A DNA stretch of 64,000 nt from a virus. The translations under genes were made by a program, and so were the position numbers. Location: the IMG/VR virus record IMGVR_UViG_3300045988_076436. The stretch is one strand, 5' to 3'. The notes beneath the pieces are model-generated. The model was not told the origin of the DNA and did no database searches. It was given only the letters and a program-made list of their open reading frames with translations. Of the stretch, positions 28,716-35,477 are shown one piece after another. Position 1 is the stretch's first letter; every line of letters begins with the position of its first letter.

Positions 28716-29195
28716 TTAGAACGGCATGGACGATGCCGCGCTTGCCACACCCTGCACGGCTCCTGCAATGGCTTGTGCCTTGCCTTGCTCGATGGCGTTG
28801 AGCTGGTTCACATACTCATCGTCCTTGGCTCTGTACGTCTGTTCTATCTGGTCTTTGCGTGCGTCCGCATTGACGGCAATCTGCGATGTGGCGTCTGCCA
28901 AGGCTTGGTTGTTGGCGGCTTTGGCCGCTGCCATACTCTCGTCCGTGCCACCCATCACGGCTTGCGCTCCTGCCGCCTGTTGGTTGCGGTTCTTGATGCT
29001 CTGCTCCGTCTGGGTGAGTATCCTCTGCGCGTCAGCCCTCTGTGTGGCGTCCTCGTTATACCTGCGGTCATACCAGTCTTGGTTGGCCTTGCGCTGTGCC
29101 TCGACATTCTTCTTCATGCGCTTCATCGCCTTGCTCGCGCTGATGCCACCGAAGATGCTTCCTGCGGCTCCTACCGCTGCTCCTATCAGTCCCAT
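28716..29195 (-). CDS. hypothetical protein with Gly-zipper N-terminus (159 aa)
   Basis: MGLIGAAVGAAGSIFGGISASKA, then a Q/A/N-rich helical region. First gene of the minus-strand operon that continues into the giant ORF. Confidence 0.6.
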   Translation of the reverse strand: MGLIGAAVGAAGSIFGGISASKAMKRMKKNVEAQRKANQDWYDRRYNEDATQRADAQRILTQTEQSIKNRNQQAAGAQAVMGGTDESMAAAKAANNQALADATSQIAVNADARKDQIEQTYRAKDDEYVNQLNAIEQGKAQAIAGAVQGVASAASSMPF

Positions 29196-29243
29196 AATCG
29201 TTTGTATTTCAAAAGTTATAATTCGTGCGCTAAATTAATAAGG

Positions 29244-29251
29244 TATCTTTG
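29244..29251 (+). promoter_or_regulatory. Bacteroidota-type -7 box TAtcTTTG
   Basis: Perfect TAnnTTTG in the divergent intergenic region 29196-29333, followed by the same 16-mer GACTTTTAACTTTTGT (29257-29272) seen at 3447-3462. Confidence 0.4.
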
Positions 29252-29333
29252 CCCACGACTTTTAACTTTTGTATCACAAGGCCGTGGACGCTCCATCAAC
29301 GCCCACGCCACAACAAGATAAGAAGAATAGAAC

Positions 29334-29672
29334 ATGAAAGGTATGAAAACAGGAGGGCGCAAGAAAGGCACGCCCAACAAGGAGAACCCTCTGAAAGGGT
29401 TTATCCGCGCACATTCTTTGAGTTACTTCGAGCCTAAGAACGTCAAGTTCAACGGAAAAGCCACAATCATGTCCGACTTTGAACTTGACATGGCGGAACT
29501 CGCCCCGGACGACCGTGTGAATGCCGAACTGCGCTTGCTGGAGTTCCACACACCGAAGATGAAAGCCGTTGATGTGGATATGTCTGCCAAAATCAACGTC
29601 CGCACCATCGAGGACAAACTTTCCGCCCTCTGTGGCGAGGACGCTGACGAAGATGATGACGAGGACGACTGA
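29334..29672 (+). CDS. small protein with basic N-terminus (GGRKKGTPNK) and poly-acidic tail
   Basis: 112 aa with an ATG start. AT-hook-like basic motif at the N-terminus and C-terminal GEDADEDDDEDD. Function unknown; a DNA-binding role is a candidate. Confidence 0.55.
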   Translation: MKGMKTGGRKKGTPNKENPLKGFIRAHSLSYFEPKNVKFNGKATIMSDFELDMAELAPDDRVNAELRLLEFHTPKMKAVDVDMSAKINVRTIEDKLSALCGEDADEDDDEDD

Positions 29673-29784
29673 CCCCTCACCACACCTCACCGTCTATCAC
29701 ATCTACTTTTAGACCCGACTATTCGCGATTTTCACTCATAGTTTTAGCGACCCATCCGCGAGGACAGGCCGCTATTTTTATACC

Positions 29785-30170
29785 CAAACCTAACCTCAAC
29801 AAAACCTCAAAGCGCATTTTCAAAAACCTCAAAGAAACCCCAAGGGGTTTTATTTCAAAACCCTAACAAAACCCTATGGGGTTATTAAACAAAACCTCAA
29901 AGGGTTATAAAAACAGCATAAAAACGACCCTAATTTTAACCTCACTTTTTCTCCGTTTTCCTCTGACACCCTTAGAAAACTCGTTGAAAAAGGCTTATTC
30001 AAACTAATCGGAAAGCGATAAAGAACGGAAAAGTACAGTAATTTTGTTTTACCCTTATATTCAATGGATTACAACATTTTCAAAACCTCAACAAAACCCT
30101 AACAAAGCCCTATGGGGTTTCTGAAATGTAGAAAACTCGAAACCTCAACAAAACCTCAAAGGGTTTTCTC
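29785..30170. repeat. cluster of short direct repeats (AAAACCTCAA family, a 26-nt and a 21-nt repeat) with small palindromes
   Basis: AACCTCAACAAAACCTCAAAG at 29792-29812 and 30141-30161. AAAACCCTAACAAA(A/G)CCCTATGGGGTT at 29857-29882 and 30093-30118. ACAAAACCTCAAAGGGTT at 29889-29906 and 30148-30165. Palindrome AAACCCCAAGGGGTTT at 29836-29851. An AT-rich tract follows at 30180-30300. Confidence 0.85.
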
Positions 30171-30394
30171 GCGCGCGTAACGATGACAATATATAGAATA
30201 TGGAATAAGGATAAGGAATATATATTTACTCCTAACGTCGTAAATATAGACGACGACAACGACAAAAAACGACTTCGGATTTTGATTTTCTTTTTTTTGT
30301 TTTGGAGAAAAGTAGAGAAGAAAAGTTGGGGCGAAAAGAAAGCCCGACCTTGCGGAGTTGCAAAGCCGGGCGTGTCGCAAAAGATAAATGGTAG

Positions 30395-30646
30395 TTGAAG
30401 TTCTTGTTTGATACCTTTGCCGTGAATTCAAATTACGAAAACATTGCCATGCTTTTGCAGAATGGCACGTCTGTGAAAATTTATGCGGACAATTTCTCCG
30501 TTTCAAACATTAGACTGCTGGCACAAACTGCTGTCAAGCATGGAGCGGTATTGCATCTTGTTGTCAATCCCGACAACATTCTTGCAGACAACCTCAAGCT
30601 CATTTCGCAGGATGGACGCAAAAACATCTTTGTTGAGTTTGTCTAA
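30395..30646 (+). CDS. hypothetical small protein (weak call)
   Basis: The ORF-track start is a TTG; the first ATG gives MLLQNGTSVKIYADNF... (30449). Convergent with the integrase, overlapping its stop by 4 nt. The composition looks protein-like but nothing else supports it. Confidence 0.3.
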   Translation: MKFLFDTFAVNSNYENIAMLLQNGTSVKIYADNFSVSNIRLLAQTAVKHGAVLHLVVNPDNILADNLKLISQDGRKNIFVEFV

Positions 30647-32136
30647 AACCCTTTACCCTTAGTTCTTTCGTACACCGCTTCTCTGTCGGTGTCCACGTTC
30701 TTGATGCGGAACTGCACGGCACACCTGTCCGGGATAGTGTCGGGCAGTTTCGCTGCAAGTCGGACAATCACCTCATCAATGTTGCTGAAACCAATGTCGC
30801 TCACCTCGGCCAACACCTCACCACGGAAGTACGCCCTTGCATAAATCATGTACTTTGGCGCAATACGGAACATCGTGTCCTTGCGTTCTTCCACATCGTG
30901 CGCCAAGCCCTGCTTGCTCTTTGCCGTGCTGAAGAAGATGAAGTCAATCACTTTTGCGTTCAGTTCCCATGCAGGGGAGAAGTCCAGCTTGATGTAGCCG
31001 CGCGTGATGGTGCGTCCGTGCGAGTGGTTCATGGCAAAAGCCACCTCGTCAATGGTCGCTCCGCAGTCGTTCTGCGCCACCGTTCCCCAAGTATGGCGGA
31101 ATGTGTACGCCCTGTATTGCTTTTCCTTGGGTATGCCCAGACTCCTGCAAATCTGCTTGATGCCGTTGTTCACACCTGCACAGAACGAGTCGCTGTCGCA
31201 AAAACGCTTGTGGAAACGGAACAGGTAAGGGTCGTTAGGCTCTGCCAAGTATTTCTCCACCAACGGCTGTATCACTGGCTCAACCCTCATTTCGATGTAC
31301 GCATCATCGGTGCGCGTCTTTTTCGTCTTGGCTCTGTTGTAGCACAAGCAGCCGTTTCGGTAGTTCTCTTTCCGCATCTCGAAAAGGTCAACCGTGTTGA
31401 TACCTGCAAGGCAAAGTATCATCTTCGACACGTCACGCCCAATCTCGGGCAATGGATCAATCATTTTCGTCTCGGGCAATGGGGCAGCGAAGAACACGCG
31501 GCACTCCTCTGGGCTGATGGCAATCTTTGCCGTGCGGTCAGCCTGTGGTATCTTCACCTTGCCCCAAGGGTTCGTCTTGATGCGGATAACTCCGTTGTCG
31601 TAGTCGTTGTATTCCGCCACGGCAGCACGGAACACCTGCCTCATGCATACCGGGTACATCTCCTTTGCCCTGTGCGTCTGTTCCAACGACTGCACCCACA
31701 GGTTCACGAAAGTGGAGGTGAGTTGCCCGAACATCACCCTCGTTGTCACTGCAAACCGCTCCATGTGCTGGAGTGCCAGCTTGTAGTTCTTCGCATTCCT
31801 CAACTGTCCGTTGTCAATCATGCGGTTTATGTGCAGGTGCGCATAGTCCGAAAAGCACAAGTCCTCGTCCTCCTTGGTCACATACTCGATTATCTGCTTG
31901 ACCGTCCACTTTGAACTATCCACACGGTTGAGCAGTTCTGTGAAACGGAGTATGCGCCTCATGCAATACTCGTTCACGAAAGGGTCGGTGATGTCATTGT
32001 TCTTGTCGAGATAGTCTTTCGTAACAACCTTGTCGGTCTTGATGTATCCGGGCTTGCGGTTCTGCATCACCCGAATGTACACTTGGAAGAAACCGTCTTT
32101 GCGCGGTCTCCTGGTTACTGGTTTGAACATTGCCAT
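30643..32136 (-). CDS. tyrosine recombinase / phage integrase
   Basis: C-terminal catalytic region AYTFRHTWGTVAQNDCG...MNHSHGRTITRGYIK (HxxR, H, Y). Length ~500 aa with an N-terminal arm/SAM-like region as in Bacteroidota integrases. ORF-track 32163 is a TTG; ATGs at 32136 and 32130. Confidence 0.88.
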   Translation of the reverse strand: MAMFKPVTRRPRKDGFFQVYIRVMQNRKPGYIKTDKVVTKDYLDKNNDITDPFVNEYCMRRILRFTELLNRVDSSKWTVKQIIEYVTKEDEDLCFSDYAHLHINRMIDNGQLRNAKNYKLALQHMERFAVTTRVMFGQLTSTFVNLWVQSLEQTHRAKEMYPVCMRQVFRAAVAEYNDYDNGVIRIKTNPWGKVKIPQADRTAKIAISPEECRVFFAAPLPETKMIDPLPEIGRDVSKMILCLAGINTVDLFEMRKENYRNGCLCYNRAKTKKTRTDDAYIEMRVEPVIQPLVEKYLAEPNDPYLFRFHKRFCDSDSFCAGVNNGIKQICRSLGIPKEKQYRAYTFRHTWGTVAQNDCGATIDEVAFAMNHSHGRTITRGYIKLDFSPAWELNAKVIDFIFFSTAKSKQGLAHDVEERKDTMFRIAPKYMIYARAYFRGEVLAEVSDIGFSNIDEVIVRLAAKLPDTIPDRCAVQFRIKNVDTDREAVYERTKGKGF

Positions 32137-32170
32137 TGTCTCTGTATTTTTTTTGTTATTCAAAAATCAT

Positions 32171-32222
32171 GTGTAAGCATTGGTAAGCGCATCATGCCGA
32201 TTTGGTGTAAGTTTTGGTAAGC
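32171..32222. repeat. two 18-nt direct repeats GTGTAAG(C/T)(A/T)TTGGTAAGC upstream of the integrase
   Basis: Copies at 32171-32188 and 32205-32222 (15/18 identical). A third TTGGTAAGC lies at 32413-32421. Confidence 0.7.
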
Positions 32223-32227
32223 AAACC

Positions 32228-32264
32228 CTGCACATTCTGCACGATAATCATGCAGAATGTGCAG
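32228..32264. repeat. perfect 14-bp inverted repeat CTGCACATTCTGCA / TGCAGAATGTGCAG
   Basis: Arms at 32228-32241 and 32251-32264 with a 9-nt spacer, about 90 bp upstream of the integrase start. Confidence 0.8.
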
Positions 32265-32269
32265 ACCCC

Positions 32270-32322
32270 CTAAAAACAACTTAGGCGGCAAGCCTCTTTA
32301 TTGTCAGAGACTTACCGCCTAA
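32270..32322 (-). terminator. rho-independent terminator candidate
   Basis: Arms 32281-32292 and 32311-32322 pair at 11 of 12 positions. On the minus strand the hairpin is followed by GTTGTTTTTA. It lies downstream of the 32573-32944 gene. Confidence 0.5.
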
Positions 32323-32334
32323 CTCGTTAGTTAC

Positions 32335-32407
32335 GAGGGCTTATCGTGTTATTCCTCAACCGCAGCCTGCGCAGCAGTTCGTACCCTCTTATTTTGAGGG
32401 CTTATCG
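32335..32407. repeat. 12-nt direct repeat GAGGGCTTATCG x2
   Basis: Copies at 32335-32346 and 32396-32407, 61 bp apart. An 8-bp palindrome CTGCGCAG lies between them. Confidence 0.7.
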
Positions 32408-32572
32408 GAATATTGGTAAGCCTTACACTATGGCATGGCAAATTCCTCTGCTTTTATATCTTTTCTTGTTCGTCTAATTTTATATTTTCGCTACTCTTGT
32501 CGTCATCGTTAAATACCAAAATAAGCCATTTCTTTGCCCCTCTGACGGATTTTCTATACTCCGATGAGGGTT

Positions 32573-32944
32573 TTATTGTTTTGAAGAAATAACGCCCTCC
32601 AAACGCTTTATTTCGCGCTTTGCCTCAACAAGCAGGTCGTAGAGTTCCACCGACCGCTCCGTGGCGAAGTATTCTGCCCAATCCCGAAACGTGTAGCACA
32701 AATCCGTTATGCCATCATCATAGCCCATGCTGTCCCACCAGTCGGATAATTCCGCAAAGACTTCTGGAGGGTTCGTGCCGAGTGCGTCCACAACTTCGGT
32801 CGGATATTGCTCGATGAGCATCATCTTCCAATTCTCCAAATCCGTATCTGGGTTCTCATGGAGAATGTTCCATGCAGCTTCTTTCAGTTCGGCATTGAAT
32901 TCGTCCTCCGTGCAACCACCATTCCAAAACTTAAAATCGTTCAT
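32573..32944 (-). CDS. hypothetical strongly acidic protein (123 aa)
   Basis: About 28 D/E against about 10 K/R and rich in W/F/Y. Located between the lysogeny cassette and the integrase. Confidence 0.6.
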   Translation of the reverse strand: MNDFKFWNGGCTEDEFNAELKEAAWNILHENPDTDLENWKMMLIEQYPTEVVDALGTNPPEVFAELSDWWDSMGYDDGITDLCYTFRDWAEYFATERSVELYDLLVEAKREIKRLEGVISSKQ

Positions 32945-33172
32945 AATTCTATTTCTGCTAACTTTGTCCGCATGAAGAATTTACTCAAACACATACGGAA
33001 TTGGCATTATCGCAGATTGTACACACGGTTGGTCTTTGCTTATCTGAAGCACGAAAGTACCAGTTGCGGTGCGTACAATTATGCAGAAGATGCATTCAAG
33101 GCAATCACTGGTCGTTGGTATTATGAAATTCGCGACGAGTGATGTCCTTATGCCTTTCTCCGTCTTTTACTA

Positions 33173-33754
33173 CTACTTTATTTTCTTACGCAATAGTTCC
33201 AACATTTTATTGAAATCATCTGTTCTCATTGTTGTTGGCACAAGTTCCAAAGTGCGAATGTTGTCTTCTGCCTTTTCTTTATCGTAAGGAATTGCGTCAT
33301 CCCATATTGCAAGAAAATTTCTAATTGCAGACTCCATCATTTGATATGCTTTTAATTCAGAACACATTTCAATCTCAAAAATTCGATAAGTAATGGAAGC
33401 GTAATAGTCAAGACTTTCACCTGCCAACTTATCAGAATATCTGATAGCAAAGAAATCTGCGAGTCCATGATTTGTATGCATCAAATTATATTTAGATTGC
33501 CGTAACATTTCTTCTTTTGCACTTACGGTCTGTTCCTTAATTTTTTCCAATTTTATGGCATTGTATATTTGCCACCCAATGAGCACTGCGGTTGGTATAG
33601 AAATAACAGTAGCAATGCTAACTAATAAAGCAGAGTCAAAATCAATTGTAAATGGATTGTTTCTTACTGAACAACCTAAAGCAATTCCAGAAAGTATTAA
33701 TGCAACCCCAGAAATGCCCATATTGATTTTTTGCCACACGTTCACGTCTTTCAT
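33173..33754 (-). CDS. 2-TM membrane protein with helical cytoplasmic domain (superinfection-exclusion/abortive-infection candidate)
   Basis: TM1 INMGISGVALILSGIALGCSV and TM2 LLVSIATVISIPTAVLIGWQIY. ATGA overlap with the upstream XRE gene. Visibly low-GC DNA. Confidence 0.7.
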   Translation of the reverse strand: MKDVNVWQKINMGISGVALILSGIALGCSVRNNPFTIDFDSALLVSIATVISIPTAVLIGWQIYNAIKLEKIKEQTVSAKEEMLRQSKYNLMHTNHGLADFFAIRYSDKLAGESLDYYASITYRIFEIEMCSELKAYQMMESAIRNFLAIWDDAIPYDKEKAEDNIRTLELVPTTMRTDDFNKMLELLRKKIK

Positions 33755-34113
33755 TTGCTCAACACTTGAATAACCTTATCCTTTAATCCCATTTTGATGA
33801 ACTCATCGGGAGTAACATCAAGTTCAACCACAACTTTAGTGGACTTTCTCTGATTGTCCAATAAAGTTTGAAGCCGCTTAATTTCTTTCTCATAGATATT
33901 CAAGTTCTCATCGTTGACATCATTGTCAGCACCAAAGAACACGCTTGGACTAACCCCAAGTACATTAGAAAGGCTTTCAATCGTAGAAATCTTAATGTCA
34001 GCACCATTCAGCGCATTATCAAGCGTAGTTCTCGAAATCTTAGCCATCTCAGCAATCTGAGCCTTGCCCATTTTACTTTTCTCGACAAGCGAGTTTAATA
34101 GACTGAAATCCAT
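33751..34113 (-). CDS. XRE-family HTH regulator (CI-like repressor candidate)
   Basis: KAQIAEMAKISRTTLDNALNGADIKISTIESLSNVLGVSPSVFF is a classic HTH_3/XRE pattern. The gene is divergent from the early plus-strand operon. Confidence 0.75.
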   Translation of the reverse strand: MDFSLLNSLVEKSKMGKAQIAEMAKISRTTLDNALNGADIKISTIESLSNVLGVSPSVFFGADNDVNDENLNIYEKEIKRLQTLLDNQRKSTKVVVELDVTPDEFIKMGLKDKVIQVLSK

Positions 34114-34153
34114 ATACTTACAAATTTTACGTTCATTAAACTTTAATTTTCTT

Positions 34154-34161
34154 CAAAAATA
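34154..34161 (-). promoter_or_regulatory. -7 box (TATTTTTG on minus strand) for the repressor operon
   Basis: Plus-strand CAAAAATA equals minus-strand TAttTTTG, 41 nt upstream of ATG 34113. Confidence 0.4.
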
Positions 34162-34197
34162 ATGCCCAATAAACTTGTATATTTGTCCATTAAACAC

Positions 34198-34205
34198 TAC
34201 CTTTG
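34198..34205 (+). promoter_or_regulatory. -7 box TAccTTTG for the early operon
   Basis: Perfect TAnnTTTG 32 nt upstream of ATG 34237. Flanked by 15-nt direct repeats GT(T/C)CATTAAAC... at 34131-34145 and 34185-34199 (operator candidates). Confidence 0.45.
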
Positions 34206-34236
34206 CACAATAAAGTTATAAATAAATATCGAAACA

Positions 34237-34443
34237 ATGAACGAAACATCTAAAAATCAGCGCAAAAAGTCTCTGCTCGGGCAACTTTCAAACCTTGCAG
34301 TTGGCGAAGAACTGACAGTACCTGTTAGCCGTTCCAGCTATCTCAAATCAATCTGCGTCAGTTTCGGCTTGCAATGGGACAAGAAATTTTCAACATCGAC
34401 AAACCGCGAACAGCGCACAATCACAGCAACAAGAATTTTATAA
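34237..34443 (+). CDS. small basic protein, first gene of the early operon (Cro-like role possible)
   Basis: 68 aa with an ATG start. The call rests on its position opposite the repressor; no clear HTH was read. Confidence 0.45.
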   Translation: MNETSKNQRKKSLLGQLSNLAVGEELTVPVSRSSYLKSICVSFGLQWDKKFSTSTNREQRTITATRIL

Positions 34444-34456
34444 CGCTTACACTACA

Positions 34457-34702
34457 ATGAGAAAATCAATCATCACCTCCGTACTCCTCCTTGCAAGCCT
34501 CATCAGCTGCAACACCACAACCCAATTGTCTAACGAGGAACTCGACCGCATCAGTTGGTCGGCATTCTGCAAGGACTTCGGCTATAACGAACTGGCCGAC
34601 CGCAACAACGAGCAAGCCATCAACGACTATCTCGATGCTTGGCGCGGCTCCGTGTCCGAAAAAGAGGCATTTGCAAAACTCGGTATCACGCAAAGCTACT
34701 AA
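34457..34702 (+). CDS. lipoprotein (81 aa)
   Basis: Signal peptide plus lipobox MRKSIITSVLLLASLISC. Confidence 0.65.
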   Translation: MRKSIITSVLLLASLISCNTTTQLSNEELDRISWSAFCKDFGYNELADRNNEQAINDYLDAWRGSVSEKEAFAKLGITQSY

Positions 34703-34705
34703 GCC

Positions 34706-34840
34706 ATGCCCAACCAGTTCTGCAAATCCTGCAAGCAGTCATACAACGCCCTCAACGGCTGTTACTGCACGCTGCTCAATCGTTATGTCGAGCACGCAAA
34801 CACCCCTCCATGTTCAACCCCTAAAACAGAAAAGAAATGA
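34706..34840 (+). CDS. Cys-rich mini-protein (44 aa)
   Basis: Not in the ORF track. MPNQFCKSCKQSYNALNGCYCTLLNRYVEHANTPPCSTPKTEKK. Starts 3 nt after the previous stop and shares an ATGA overlap with the next gene. Confidence 0.4.
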   Translation: MPNQFCKSCKQSYNALNGCYCTLLNRYVEHANTPPCSTPKTEKK

Positions 34841-35073
34841 AAAAAGCAATCTCAATTTTCCGCATTGCCATTCTCGCCCTCATGGGCAGTGTTGGCGTAC
34901 TCTTCCTCCTCGGTGAGGAACAGGACGAAGCACCCTTCACGTTCTTCCTGCACTTCCTTTTCGACAAAGTGTTTGCCTTTGCCATGCTTGCGGCCATGGT
35001 ATATCTTGCAGCCCGGTGGATAGATAAAGACAAATGGCTCAAAGCCATTGTAGAATGGTGTTGCGCTGATTAA
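34837..35073 (+). CDS. small membrane protein (78 aa, 2-3 TM)
   Basis: IFRIAILALMGSVGVLFLL and FAFAMLAAMVYLAARW. TAATG overlap with the next gene. Confidence 0.55.
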   Translation: MKKAISIFRIAILALMGSVGVLFLLGEEQDEAPFTFFLHFLFDKVFAFAMLAAMVYLAARWIDKDKWLKAIVEWCCAD

Positions 35074-35345
35074 TGGACTACCTCAACTTCTCTGACATGT
35101 GCGTCAAGTATTCTACATTCCTCGATGATGTGGCCGCAAGGGTCGTGCATCTGCTCAAGCAGGATGCCAACGACCCGGAGTTCATCAGCCAGAACAAAGC
35201 ATTTGAAATGTTCGGGCGCGGAAATGTGGAGCGTTGGCGCAAGCAGGGAAAGGTAACAGCCTACAAGCGTCCGGGCAAGGTCGAATACCGAACAGCCGAC
35301 CTGCGGCTCTTGCAGCGGATACAGCAAGATTATCTTGGCAAGTAG
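35073..35345 (+). CDS. excisionase/MerR-like HTH DNA-binding protein candidate
   Basis: ISQNKAFEMFGRGNVERWRKQGKVTAYKRPGKVEYRTADL resembles excisionase-family HTH proteins of Bacteroidota elements. Confidence 0.5.
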   Translation: MDYLNFSDMCVKYSTFLDDVAARVVHLLKQDANDPEFISQNKAFEMFGRGNVERWRKQGKVTAYKRPGKVEYRTADLRLLQRIQQDYLGK

Positions 35346-35477
35346 CCTCAACTGCCGCAGATAGCGTGCTAATCGGATAGGTACGAACGATAAAGCGTAG
35401 GACATTAGGTAGGTTCAACTCCTCCCTGCGGCTCCAAAACTGAATAAAAATTTAATCACATTCAATTTCATACAACT

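Noticed and set aside
29785-30170. Repeat field considered as a CRISPR array
   Set aside because: Repeat units are 9-26 nt, of several different kinds, irregularly spaced and partly overlapping. There are no uniform spacers and no cas genes in the window.
30156-30506. 116-aa minus-strand ORF and 71-aa plus-strand ORF in the AT-rich tract
   Set aside because: They cover homopolymer and low-complexity DNA (T8, A6, GGAATAAGGA repeats), giving implausible peptides (FFVVVVVYIYD...). Treated as non-coding.
29690-32572. Search for a tRNA gene or tRNA 3' fragment marking the attP core
   Set aside because: I found no cloverleaf-compatible segment and no GGTTCGAATCC-type T-arm by eye on either strand. 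A tRNAscan/Infernal run is needed to be sure.
32972-33142. 56-aa plus-strand ORF (MKNLLKHIRNWHYRRLYTRL...) between two minus-strand genes
   Set aside because: It is isolated on the opposite strand, with no promoter box or coupling, and has a basic low-complexity sequence. I cannot exclude a real small gene or an antisense-RNA locus, but support is insufficient.
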